From the IMG/VR virus record IMGVR_UViG_3300005573_000057, positions 76,450 to 140,449 of that record: a stretch of DNA of 64,000 bases; one strand, written 5' to 3'. Within the stretch, counting starts at the first letter, position 1. The number at the start of each line of letters is the position of its first letter. The notes beneath the pieces are model-generated. The model made no database searches. It saw only the letters and a list, made by a program, of their open reading frames with translations, and had not been told where the DNA came from. This DNA comes from a virus. This document shows positions 1-8,724 of this stretch, one piece after another. Made by a program: the position numbers and the translations under genes.

Positions 1-21
1 GTAGATGATCCCTAGCAAAAG

Positions 22-552
22 TCAAGAAGAAATTTCTCGATTCCCCGAAATCAAATAGTCCCCATAGACTTTAGCATTTCCGTAGACCCGAGCATTCCCA
101 GAGACACGAGCATTCCGAAAAACATGAGCATTTTCGTAGACCCGAGCATGCCCATAGAGTTGAGCATTCCCACAAACACGAGAATTCCCATACACCAGAG
201 CATTCTCGACAACCTGGGAGTTCTCGAAGATCCACGCATTACCATAGACCATAGCCTTTCCAGAAACCCATGAATTTTCAAAGACCATACTATTCTGGAA
301 GACTTGAGCATCCCCGAAGACCAAAGCATTCCCGAATACCTTAGCATCATCAAAGACCCGAGCATTTCCGAAAACTAGTGCAGTCCCGTAGACCCAGCAG
401 TTTCCCTCTTGACTCAAATTCTGTTCGGATTCGAGATAGCCGCCTATGTTTCCTGCGCGAAAATCGCCAAAATCGCGCAAAGCGCGGATACGGTAAAGAG
501 TGCGGCCAGAAAATTCGATAGATTCATTTTTCAACAGTTCATACTTGTTCAT
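22..552 (-). CDS. Hexapeptide-repeat (left-handed beta-helix-like) protein, paralog 1
   Basis: Starts MNKYELLK..LYRIRALRDFGD..GGYLESE.NLSQEGNCWV, then many [A/S]xV[Y/F][G/E/D]N hexads. Start moved to 552 because the ORF-track extension lies in an IS end. Confidence 0.8.
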   Translation of the reverse strand: MNKYELLKNESIEFSGRTLYRIRALRDFGDFRAGNIGGYLESEQNLSQEGNCWVYGTALVFGNARVFDDAKVFGNALVFGDAQVFQNSMVFENSWVSGKAMVYGNAWIFENSQVVENALVYGNSRVCGNAQLYGHARVYENAHVFRNARVSGNARVYGNAKVYGDYLISGNREISS

Positions 553-696
553 CGGTTTGCGCGTGAAACCTCGGCATTTATACCGAGTAGGTATAAAGCA
601 GAACGAGAAGCGTTCTATGCTTTGTGGCGTACCCAAATCACTCTCCATTTTTGCCACAGTTAAAAGGTGGGGGATTTCGCCCCGCTGGGGCGAGGC
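553..696 (-). mobile_element. Orphan right end of an IscB-family (IS200/IS605) element
   Basis: 560-660 aligns with the IscB right end at 7030-7130 (cgtgaaacctcggcatt..ccgagtaggta..gcagaacg..gctttgtggcgtacc..cactctcc.ttttgccacagtt). 640-696 aligns with 28213-28270. Ends directly before ATGA. Confidence 0.85.
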
Positions 697-847
697 GAGA
701 ACAAAGAAGAAATATCACATGACGCGGATTTTTGAGTTCAGCTTCTACATCATATTCGCCATCACAATGCTTCATAGCATATTCAGCAAGATTCACTAGG
801 TCTTCAAGACTATCCAATGCTAGTTTCAGCAGTTCAACATCGTTCAT
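638..847 (-). CDS. Hypothetical protein whose C-terminus runs into the IS remnant
   Basis: AAGGA RBS before MNDVELLK; last ~20 codons come from the element end. Confidence 0.5.
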   Translation of the reverse strand: MNDVELLKLALDSLEDLVNLAEYAMKHCDGEYDVEAELKNPRHVIFLLCSRLAPAGRNPPPFNCGKNGE

Positions 848-857
848 GACAAATTCC

Positions 858-1487
858 TTATGCGTTGTTCTCGAAGACATGGGAAGTTTCAAAGACCCGA
901 GAGTTACCAGAAACTACAGCATCCCCATAGACGCGAGAATTCTCAGAGACCCGAGCATCGCCGAAAACCAACGCATCCCCGCAGACCTCGGCATTATCGA
1001 CTACCCGAGCATACCCAAAGACTTTACCATTTTCGTAGACCCAAGCAGTCCCCAAGATCCAACAATTTCCGTGGACACGAGCACCCCCGAAGATCCGCGC
1101 ATCCATGTAAACCCAAGCATGCTCGAAGACATGAGCAACGTCATAGACCCGAGCATACCCACAAACCCAAGCACACCCGTAAACCGCAGAATCCCCGTAA
1201 ACCCGAGAATTCCCATAGACCTCAGAATCCCCGGAGACAAGAGCATTTTCAAAGACCCTAGAATTCTCAAAGACTTGAGCATTCTCGTAGACATGGGCAT
1301 TCCCGTAGACACGAGCATTATCGGAAACCCAACAATTTCCATCTTGACTCAAATTCTTTTCGGATTCGAGATAACCGCCTTTGTCGCCTGCACGAACAGC
1401 ACCGAAATCGCGCAGAGCGCGGATACGGTAAAGGACTCGCCCATCGACTTCAACAGTTTCATCTTTCAAAAGTTCGTACTTGTTCAT
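858..1487 (-). CDS. Hexapeptide-repeat protein, paralog 2
   Basis: Same N-terminal module and hexads as paralog 1; AAGGAG RBS. Confidence 0.8.
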   Translation of the reverse strand: MNKYELLKDETVEVDGRVLYRIRALRDFGAVRAGDKGGYLESEKNLSQDGNCWVSDNARVYGNAHVYENAQVFENSRVFENALVSGDSEVYGNSRVYGDSAVYGCAWVCGYARVYDVAHVFEHAWVYMDARIFGGARVHGNCWILGTAWVYENGKVFGYARVVDNAEVCGDALVFGDARVSENSRVYGDAVVSGNSRVFETSHVFENNA

Positions 1488-1517
1488 GATTAACTCCTTA
1501 TCAACATTTACAACTGC

Positions 1518-1546
1518 ATTATAGACCATCCACCAAAGAAATCAAG
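1518..1546 (-). promoter_or_regulatory. Sigma70-type early promoter
   Basis: TTGATT-N16-TATAAT upstream of 1487. Confidence 0.65.
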
Positions 1547-1625
1547 AAGAAATTTCTTGATTCCGGGAGACCCGAGCATTCCCAGAAATCCGAGAACACC
1601 CAAAAACGCGACCATTTCTGTAGAC
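1542..1625 (-). pseudogene. 3' remnant of a fourth hexapeptide-repeat gene
   Basis: Translates VYRNGRVFGCSRISGNARVSRNQEISS*, matching the paralog 1 C-terminus GNREISS*; no start. Confidence 0.75.
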
Positions 1626-1626
1626 C

Positions 1627-2064
1627 TCAAGATCCAAACTTGAATACAAGTTGCAAACCAAGAACCCCAGAAGTGCCTTTGACAGTTGGAGGAATAACCA
1701 TCAAATTAAAACCATAATTTGAGTGACGATACGCCACGAGTAAACCACCAATAACCGGAGTTTCATATCCGGTAGCTGGGCCACCAAACGCACCCAATGC
1801 AAAGTCGCCAAGATGAATAGGTGTATAAGAAGCAACAAAATAGACAGTCTGTTGATAATAGCTGTTCTTGTACTCTCCGCCAGAAATTCCCCAATTTCCA
1901 ACATCATACTCTAATCCAACACCAGCGTTGACCTGATCGAAACCACGGTCAGGAAAGTGTCGGCTCACCGTTGTCACGGCACCATATAAACCATCAGCGT
2001 GTGCCATCGGCATCGCAACAAGTACGCTCAACATCATAAACAAACTCAAGAACATCTTTTTCAT
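1627..2064 (-). CDS. Signal-peptide outer-membrane beta-barrel protein (PagP-like family)
   Basis: Sec signal MKK..AHA; SRHF..N.GVGLEY..YKNSY..Y pattern; amphipathic strands; terminal aromatic residue. Confidence 0.55.
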   Translation of the reverse strand: MKKMFLSLFMMLSVLVAMPMAHADGLYGAVTTVSRHFPDRGFDQVNAGVGLEYDVGNWGISGGEYKNSYYQQTVYFVASYTPIHLGDFALGAFGGPATGYETPVIGGLLVAYRHSNYGFNLMVIPPTVKGTSGVLGLQLVFKFGS

Positions 2065-2117
2065 GATAAATTCTCCAAATGTTTGAAAAACGAGATAAAT
2101 TCACGAACCTCAATTAA

Positions 2118-2147
2118 CATCATACCACACAGACGCCACCTTGTCAA
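2118..2147 (-). promoter_or_regulatory. Sigma70-type promoter; the -35 box contains the polymerase stop codon
   Basis: TTGACA-N17-TATGAT. Confidence 0.65.
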
Positions 2148-4684
2148 TCATCAAAAAATGCTTCCAGACTCGACCGTTCTTCAACATCCAGATCGGCTAC
2201 CGAACACATCTTAGACAATGGCGACAAGAACAGCTTATCAAACATTGTATCATAGTCAAACATCTTTTCCATTCCCAATTCTGGTGGAATTTCTCCAACA
2301 AATCCAAACACATTTTCCCTTGTTCTGTTCGGAGTTTTCAAATAAAAATACTTCATTTTAGATCCGTTGTAGATCATTGGATACTGAACACTATCGAACT
2401 TTCCTTTCTCCATCGCATCATTGTAGAGCAACGCTGCCCTCACATAGATTGGAGTTTTGGCAACGTATACAACACCGTTGCGATTTGACGACTTATACTT
2501 TTCAAGCCCATTGACGCCAACCGTAAACGAAATTTTGTTGATCGGAGACTCGTAAAATGCTTTCTTCACATCCTTGACATATTGGATGATCTTGGCCTGA
2601 TCACCGTCCAAGATGTAATTCAGAGATTCTTTCAAACGGTTTTGAATAAGTTTTGGTGTCGTTGAACGTACAATTTCCAAGCCAACAACTTTAAGAACCG
2701 GCTCGTGATAGTAAACACCCTCATTGTATAAAACGCGCATGACATAGCGTTTCTTCGCAACATACAAGATGTGATCACCGATTGCTTCGAGTTTGAAACT
2801 AATGAAATTTTCTTTGAATCCGACCTTTTCAAGTTGGTTGTTAACAATTCGTTGAATAGCAGGTTGGAGCTTATCAATTGCATATCGTTCAATCATTCTG
2901 ACGATTTTTGCTTTGTCTGTTCGATCTACAATTGGATAAATAAACTTTTCAACAATGGATTGAAGGTCAATATACATGCTGTCTGTATCACCAGCAATCA
3001 CGTTGGCTTGAACATTCCCCAAATATCGACCCAAAGACATTTCACATGATCGAATGATGTATTGACCGCCAGCAGTGATTGCTTCTGCCAAGTCAATGTC
3101 GAAGAATCTGAAAAACTTGTTGCCAAGCGCCCCATATGCAGAATTGAGCAAAAGCTTAAAGGCGTTCTGCATCGAGTTCAAACGAGATATTTCAATTGCA
3201 ACATTGGTTGCATCTTCGCCACTATACTCTCCAGATTCAAGACGCTTCTTGAGTGCAAGCATTTCCCCCTTAACCTTCTTGCGACGGATAAAGTAGTATC
3301 GAAACAACCGTGGAATGAATCCTTCTTTCGTTAAATCAAACAGTACCCCGTTCGCAGCAATGCAAGTCCCTTCTGGGCGTTCCACAGCTTCGACACGATC
3401 CAAAAGCGTCTGGGGATTTACATTTTCCATCCTATACAGCTTTGTATCGGGGCTAATGTTCCATGTGATAGCTGTGCTCGGATACAGGGAAGTCGCGTCC
3501 ACACTGCACGACCATCCATAATTTTTTGGAATTGGTTCAATAACATAGGCACCATCATAACTTTGCGACCGAGCTTCTTTTGGTGGATCAAAGACAACAT
3601 TTCTTCGTTCAAAGTCGTTGTAAATGATGCTTTCCCAAGTTTTGACTGGCGAGTATGCATCTTCAAAGTTCTCTTTTGCTTCATACCCTACAGAACAATG
3701 TTGATCAATGTATCCAAGCTTGTTGTCCAACACATCCACGACCCTAACGTCATCAATGTTATAGAGGACAAACCGATTCCAATGTTTCGTATAAAGTTCG
3801 ACAAAGCCACCTGATAAATCCTCAAAGGTGTTCTTTTGAACTTCCACGTTTTCATGTTCAGCAATAAATCCAAGCGTCCATGATTCTCGGCTTCCCGATG
3901 CATACTTTTTATACAGCGCCAACAAGTCAAGTTGCGAAACTCCGGGAATCCGAATAACATCAATTTCTTTGTTGTTGTAACCCTTTTCAACATCTTGGTA
4001 AACAGTACCCCAAGGAGAAAGGCTATTGGCTCTTTCTTCACCCACTACTCGCGCAGAACGAGCATAGATGTACGGCATATCAAACCCGTCTGAGTTCCAC
4101 CCACTTACAACATCCGGGTATGAGGATGCCCATTCTGCCAAAAACTTGTTCAGCAAGTCAGCTTCGCTAGAACACTGAATGTAGTACCATTTCAACGGTA
4201 ACTCACCATCAAAAGGTTTGACTCCAAACGTCTTCCCAATTTTTGTTGTTCGATTGTACAAAGAAATAAGGAGAATGGCCTGAACCGGATTAGATGGAAC
4301 AGGAATACCCATACCGGGAATAATTTCGGTTTCAATGTCAACGATTACAACATTCAACAGACTCACATCATAGGATGTTGGCAAAGTTGCCATAAACTGT
4401 TGAATATAGTTCTGGTTCCCGTAAATTTCTTGGCCATGAACACCATCAAATTGCTTTACATAAGACTTCGCATCGTTAATACAGTCAAACTCATATGGAA
4501 CAACATTGTCACCACCTAAGCTTTTCCATTCGCTTTCACGATCTGTTTTTTTAAACAGCTTTGGCTTAAACTTAACACGCTCAAGGGTTCTTTGATGCGT
4601 GTAAGTATCAATCCCTCGTACCAACAGCGTGTTGCCATACGGGGCAACATGTGTATACTGGAATGTCGATTTAGTGTAGTCCAT
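2144..4684 (-). CDS. 43: Family B DNA polymerase (T4 gp43-like)
   Basis: Exo DIET, GWNSDGFD, YNIDD; Pol DATSLYPS, KLLLNSAYG, GDTDS, KKRY; C-terminal clamp-binding SLEAFF. Confidence 0.97.
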   Translation of the reverse strand: MDYTKSTFQYTHVAPYGNTLLVRGIDTYTHQRTLERVKFKPKLFKKTDRESEWKSLGGDNVVPYEFDCINDAKSYVKQFDGVHGQEIYGNQNYIQQFMATLPTSYDVSLLNVVIVDIETEIIPGMGIPVPSNPVQAILLISLYNRTTKIGKTFGVKPFDGELPLKWYYIQCSSEADLLNKFLAEWASSYPDVVSGWNSDGFDMPYIYARSARVVGEERANSLSPWGTVYQDVEKGYNNKEIDVIRIPGVSQLDLLALYKKYASGSRESWTLGFIAEHENVEVQKNTFEDLSGGFVELYTKHWNRFVLYNIDDVRVVDVLDNKLGYIDQHCSVGYEAKENFEDAYSPVKTWESIIYNDFERRNVVFDPPKEARSQSYDGAYVIEPIPKNYGWSCSVDATSLYPSTAITWNISPDTKLYRMENVNPQTLLDRVEAVERPEGTCIAANGVLFDLTKEGFIPRLFRYYFIRRKKVKGEMLALKKRLESGEYSGEDATNVAIEISRLNSMQNAFKLLLNSAYGALGNKFFRFFDIDLAEAITAGGQYIIRSCEMSLGRYLGNVQANVIAGDTDSMYIDLQSIVEKFIYPIVDRTDKAKIVRMIERYAIDKLQPAIQRIVNNQLEKVGFKENFISFKLEAIGDHILYVAKKRYVMRVLYNEGVYYHEPVLKVVGLEIVRSTTPKLIQNRLKESLNYILDGDQAKIIQYVKDVKKAFYESPINKISFTVGVNGLEKYKSSNRNGVVYVAKTPIYVRAALLYNDAMEKGKFDSVQYPMIYNGSKMKYFYLKTPNRTRENVFGFVGEIPPELGMEKMFDYDTMFDKLFLSPLSKMCSVADLDVEERSSLEAFFDD

Positions 4685-4740
4685 GCAAAATTCTCAAAAA
4701 GATCAGTGTACTCTACACCACGATGAAAAACAAGATTACA

Positions 4741-5013
4741 TCACGTAGTAAATTCTGTAGGGTCTCCGGCAGTTATAATAGCTCCGCATCCTGTAACAGA
4801 TCCTACACAAGCAACCTCTTTTCCTTCCACAATTTTTGTGGTTGCTGGTGTTGCGACGATTGGTGTAATACCATGTCCCTTTATCGGACATATATGTAAA
4901 TCACCAATCCTTGCAATCAACTTACCACCCGAGTATGAATGCTGAGTAGACACAGATAGTATATAACCACCATGACTACTCGGATCACCAAGTCTCGCTA
5001 CTTGATCTGCCAC
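4741..5013 (-). CDS. PAAR-repeat spike-tip protein (gp5.4-like)
   Basis: VARLGD, IARIGD.H.C..GH, VACVG...CGA.I. Confidence 0.9.
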   Translation of the reverse strand: MADQVARLGDPSSHGGYILSVSTQHSYSGGKLIARIGDLHICPIKGHGITPIVATPATTKIVEGKEVACVGSVTGCGAIITAGDPTEFTT

Positions 5014-5015
5014 GA

Positions 5016-5417
5016 TTAGAACCGAATGAAGTATTCTTTAGAGAACGATCCCCATTTGTCAGCACGCGGCCCAATCAGTTCGCCACGGTCTTCTAGGGGA
5101 TAATACAGAGCGATGCAATCTTGATCAAGGGCGCGGGCCAGTTCATTGCACAGTCCAGTGGGGTTATTTGAACGCATCTTCACAACCAGAGTTGGCTCTG
5201 TATCGGACGTTTGAGTTCTGAATTGTGCGCTGCCCTCCGCAAATTTATTGCACAAATTTCGTGCCACCGACTCATTGGCTCGAACTTCATCTGGGGTGTT
5301 TGCACGATCATTGATATACAAACCAACGTTCAACTCGATCAGTTTTGTGTCATCCGATTCAATGATAATCTGTTTGACGGCATTGACAAGATCTTGGCTA
5401 ATTTCTGACAATTGCAT
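5016..5417 (-). CDS. Hypothetical, probably late/virion-associated protein
   Basis: AAGGA RBS; preceded by the putative late promoter TAACTAC. Confidence 0.6.
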   Translation of the reverse strand: MQLSEISQDLVNAVKQIIIESDDTKLIELNVGLYINDRANTPDEVRANESVARNLCNKFAEGSAQFRTQTSDTEPTLVVKMRSNNPTGLCNELARALDQDCIALYYPLEDRGELIGPRADKWGSFSKEYFIRF

Positions 5418-5589
5418 GGTGTTTCCTTTGTAAGTATTCAGTAGTTAGTGTAGCAGAAGTTGTAAACCTGATGGTGAAAAATGTCTGTGAATTGGATTTC
5501 GTGTGCTCCTAGTTGTTGGTATCGCGTTGTTCCGATAACTGAACTATAGCAGAAAAATTTCCGATATGCTCACTTGTTAACAGACTTTT

Positions 5590-5641
5590 ACATCTTTCGC
5601 ATCCTTCCCCGCCCCGAAAGGGGGGGTCTGTCTCTCAACTG
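5590..5641 (-). mobile_element. Orphan left end of a TnpB (IS1341-like) element
   Basis: TTGAT|CAGTTGAGAGACAGACCCCCCCTTTCGGGGCGGGGAAGGAT resembles the left end at 11793 (TTGAT|TTTAGTTGCGCGACAAACCCCGCCGTTCAAGGCGGGGAATGAT). Confidence 0.7.
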
Positions 5642-5642
5642 A

Positions 5643-6119
5643 TCAAATCTGAGGGTAAACCAAGGAAAGATGCTCAAGAACAGCAGACCAATTTGGATAA
5701 AATTGTGATCCAAAATGAATGATTTTTCCAGGAAAATTGGAACAGTTCGCCTTGTGAATCCGATCATCGACAAGAAAATCTCGGTATGATCCAAGAATTC
5801 CCTTGTCTTGAGTCAGGATGATCTTTTTTTGAAGATCCGGCAAATACTCCTTAATCCAATCCACCTTTTCTGCATAGGAGTGCGGAACACTTGGCGGCGG
5901 TTTTGAAGCAACCCAAACATCAAACCCCATTTGTTGTATTTTTGCCACGGAAGCGATTGCATCCGGCATTGGCGGCATTTCCCTAAAAAAATTCGGATGA
6001 TCCATGAACCATTCATCCGTGAAATCATCGTTACCGAGCTTGAATCCAAGATTAACAGCATGCGACTCGAAATCAACCAGTACACCGTCCATATCAATAA
6101 AAATTTTTCGTTGTTTCAT
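5643..6119 (-). CDS. 5'(3')-deoxyribonucleotidase, HAD superfamily
   Basis: IFIDMDGVLVDF, EKVDWI..YLP, LVDD motifs. Confidence 0.9.
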   Translation of the reverse strand: MKQRKIFIDMDGVLVDFESHAVNLGFKLGNDDFTDEWFMDHPNFFREMPPMPDAIASVAKIQQMGFDVWVASKPPPSVPHSYAEKVDWIKEYLPDLQKKIILTQDKGILGSYRDFLVDDRIHKANCSNFPGKIIHFGSQFYPNWSAVLEHLSLVYPQI

Positions 6120-6145
6120 ATCAAACTCCTTACACACATTCTACA

Positions 6146-6376
6146 TCAATCAAGAAACGAAGTCAAGGCATTCGACGATTTAGGCAAGTAGCCAAGTGAT
6201 TGAAAGTCGATTTCCAGGCGATCACGTAGGGGCATTGACATAAGTGACTGAATAGTTTCAATGTCGAGTTCTTCTTCCTCGATCATTTCTGTCAAAAGTT
6301 CCAGATGCGTCTTTTTTTCATTCAAAACACGCATTTCGATATAAGATGCAAATTCCGCTGCACTAGAGAACACCAT
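6146..6376 (-). CDS. 33: Late transcription coactivator gp33-like
   Basis: F..YIE..V..K...LE......E.DIE....LM...LRD.LE......GYLPK pattern, size and T4-like context. Confidence 0.8.
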   Translation of the reverse strand: MVFSSAAEFASYIEMRVLNEKKTHLELLTEMIEEEELDIETIQSLMSMPLRDRLEIDFQSLGYLPKSSNALTSFLD

Positions 6377-6377
6377 G

Positions 6378-7022
6378 TCATTTCACTCCAGGTTGTTTAA
6401 CGACTTTTGGCCGACCAGATACGGCCTTGAAAATTCCATCAATGATACGCCCAACTTGGTGTCTGCCGTTTGGTTCTACACGAACAACCTTGGTTGGATC
6501 TGTAGAATGTGGTTCGTAGAAAACATCTTGGGATGCAGAAAGAGTAGCAAGATCATCAATGGTAGCAACTGGTGCCACGACTTCGGGAGTTGTAGGATTC
6601 AAAATCAGATCATCCCACCCATAAATCTTTGCCAACTCTTTATAGGGAATGTTAGGGTACAAAAGATCAAGCTTTTGATCCTTTACAGCAATCAAAATTT
6701 CACACTCGGGCTTCGTCAAGCCGGTCAAGAGTTCAATGAAAATAGACTCGCGCTGCACTGCGCGAACATCTGCGCGACAAAACACATAAAACCTGCGCAG
6801 TTCGTTGTTCAGATTCACAGCAGTCATTGCGTAAGGAGCCGGATCAAACTTGTAATTCTCTGGTGCCCCTTCTGGAAGTAGAAACTTTTGACCAGAACGA
6901 ATTGCATGATTCAGAAGCAGCTTGAGCGCAGAAGATCCAGCAACATCATGAACACGATCCGGGTTTTCATTGAGCCACACAATCAGTTCATAAATGCGTG
7001 TCGGAGGCGTATTTTGATTCAT
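6378..7022 (-). CDS. Conserved T4-like hypothetical protein
   Basis: FLLPEGAP.Y..RE.IFIELL.GL...E..IL...KD pattern; start lies immediately after the IscB right end. Confidence 0.7.
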   Translation of the reverse strand: MNQNTPPTRIYELIVWLNENPDRVHDVAGSSALKLLLNHAIRSGQKFLLPEGAPENYKFDPAPYAMTAVNLNNELRRFYVFCRADVRAVQRESIFIELLTGLTKPECEILIAVKDQKLDLLYPNIPYKELAKIYGWDDLILNPTTPEVVAPVATIDDLATLSASQDVFYEPHSTDPTKVVRVEPNGRHQVGRIIDGIFKAVSGRPKVVKQPGVK

Positions 7023-8436
7023 CATTTTCGCGTGAAACCTCGGCATTATTGCCGAGTAGGTAGAGCGCAGAACGCTTCGCGTTCGTTGCTTTGTGGCGTA
7101 CCTGTTCACTCTCCTTTTTTGCCACAGTTGAATAACCATAACCATCCGCACGTTGTACCAAAGTACAGTGCTTGTAGGATATGCCTTGAACGACACCCGT
7201 TGCGGTTTGTATATTGAAGTATCCATTTGCACGAACCACTAAGCGCCCAGAATGGATTCCAGATTTCTTACCAGTAGGAACACTGGCCTTAACCATATCA
7301 CCCGTCTGGAAACCTTTGATACTCTTTTTCCTAGTTAGGTATCCACGCGGAAATCCGAATGCATTCAACTGTGTGCGCTGATAGCGTCCTCGACCTGTAC
7401 ACTTAATTGCCAGTGTCGGTCTTTGCCAGCCCGTAACGGAACTAACTCGACCTACGCATACCGCATCAAGCGCGTGTGTTTTCGGAATACCGAGTTGCAT
7501 ACGATTGAATTTCGTCAAACCGCCTGAACCTGTTGTGACCGGAACGTTAACAGCTTTGAGCGCATTGAACAACGCCCAACGGGTTGAATTAACCGCCGAT
7601 GCGTCTTTAAGAGGTCGTTTTGCTTGAGCCAAAATACGATCAAGTCGTTTGGTATCGTTCGCCAAGAATACGCGAACATCCTGCGCACCTTTTTTCTGGT
7701 TGCATGATTGGCAAGCCAAGGCCAGATTCGAGACCCGATTGCTTCCGCCTTTAGATCGAGGATGGATGTGCTCAATCTGTAATGGCACATCTTTTGCACC
7801 GCAGTACGCGCAAACCCTGTTCCACTTGTTGAGCAGATATTCGCGCACTTCATAACCGGCTAATGTGCCTTGTTGATACTCAACACCAGAAATTTCCACA
7901 TTCTGCATTTTTTGCATATCAAACCGAACCAGTTCCTGAGCAATACCAGCAACCGGCACCACACGTTGAAAACGATTGACCCATGCAACGGTTGTATCAA
8001 CCCGGTGTTGTAGAGAAGGAGCTAACCAACCTTTAGGTTTTGTCCGATTGTCGAAACGGGCTGGCCTATACCGCAACTTGGAACGACGAAAACTTCGATG
8101 TTGCCTCCGTGCCGTTAAAGCCTCGCTAATCTGACGCCCGCGATGCAACAATTCAAAAAGATTAAGCACATGGACACCAACACTAATTTCACCACTTTCC
8201 GCATCAATTTTCTCTGATTCTCTGACCACTGCAATACCTGTAAACTTACTACCCGGATCAATTTTTACCTTGATCGGTTGTAATACACAACTGGAAACTT
8301 CACGATCAACAATGCGTATCGAAAACGGGATCAGCCGATGAACACGCGCACGACCAGACGCGAGCAGTTTTTTTGCTCGTTTCTCGCTGCACGGCATCAG
8401 CGGTTTTCCTCGTTTGTCGATTACAAATACTGCCAT
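6988..8436 (-). CDS. iscB: IscB RNA-guided endonuclease (PLMP, split RuvC, HNH)
   Basis: PLMP; IDPGSK (RuvC-I); Arg-rich bridge helix; QELVRFD (RuvC-II); CAYC..EHIHPRSKGGSN..NL..C..CNQKK (HNH); HALDA (RuvC-III). Confidence 0.96.
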   Translation of the reverse strand: MAVFVIDKRGKPLMPCSEKRAKKLLASGRARVHRLIPFSIRIVDREVSSCVLQPIKVKIDPGSKFTGIAVVRESEKIDAESGEISVGVHVLNLFELLHRGRQISEALTARRQHRSFRRSKLRYRPARFDNRTKPKGWLAPSLQHRVDTTVAWVNRFQRVVPVAGIAQELVRFDMQKMQNVEISGVEYQQGTLAGYEVREYLLNKWNRVCAYCGAKDVPLQIEHIHPRSKGGSNRVSNLALACQSCNQKKGAQDVRVFLANDTKRLDRILAQAKRPLKDASAVNSTRWALFNALKAVNVPVTTGSGGLTKFNRMQLGIPKTHALDAVCVGRVSSVTGWQRPTLAIKCTGRGRYQRTQLNAFGFPRGYLTRKKSIKGFQTGDMVKASVPTGKKSGIHSGRLVVRANGYFNIQTATGVVQGISYKHCTLVQRADGYGYSTVAKKESEQVRHKATNAKRSALYLLGNNAEVSRENDESKYASDTHL

Positions 8437-8724
8437 TTACTTCCTTAAATGCGCTTACGCGCCTAGTGACGGAGACCTTACGGCCTCGCTCCCCTCGGGA
8501 ATGTCTGTAACCGGCTCCTGCCTTGCGGCAGCGACTAGAACCTTCGGGCCTTTACCTTTGCCCAGCATGATCCTAATCTTCCAGTGTCCGGGACTGAGGA
8601 AGCATCCCGGAGTGGGTCTCAACGACCTGTTACAAACGTAGCGGATTGGATACCGCTTTCCCTGGTCAACCAAGCTATCAACCTTACGGTTTCTAGCTCC
8701 AGCCCGAAAGCCGGGGTAATTGAC
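7023..8724 (-). mobile_element. Non-autonomous IS200/IS605 element encoding IscB and omegaRNA
   Basis: Left end GTCAATTACCCCGGCTTTCGGGCT; right-end hairpin CTCGGCAATAATGCCGAG followed by ATGA; no tnpA. Confidence 0.9.
8450..8724 (-). ncRNA. omegaRNA (HEARO) scaffold of IscB; guide is the 3' end of rnh (..CGGATTAACGATTTTTA)
   Basis: GTCAA..TTGACCAG, CTACGTT, GGATGCTTCCTCAGTCC, ACATTCCCGAGG hallmarks directly upstream of iscB. Confidence 0.9.

Noticed and set aside
732-1493. 253-aa plus-strand ORF and other off-frame ORFs over the repeat genes
   Set aside because: Shadow frames kept open by repetitive codons; no RBS or promoter support.
7023-7232. N-terminal extension of ORF 6378-7232
   Set aside because: It overlaps iscB and the element right end; the real start is 7022 or 7025.
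8414-8673. Small ORFs upstream of iscB
   Set aside because: They lie within the omegaRNA scaffold.
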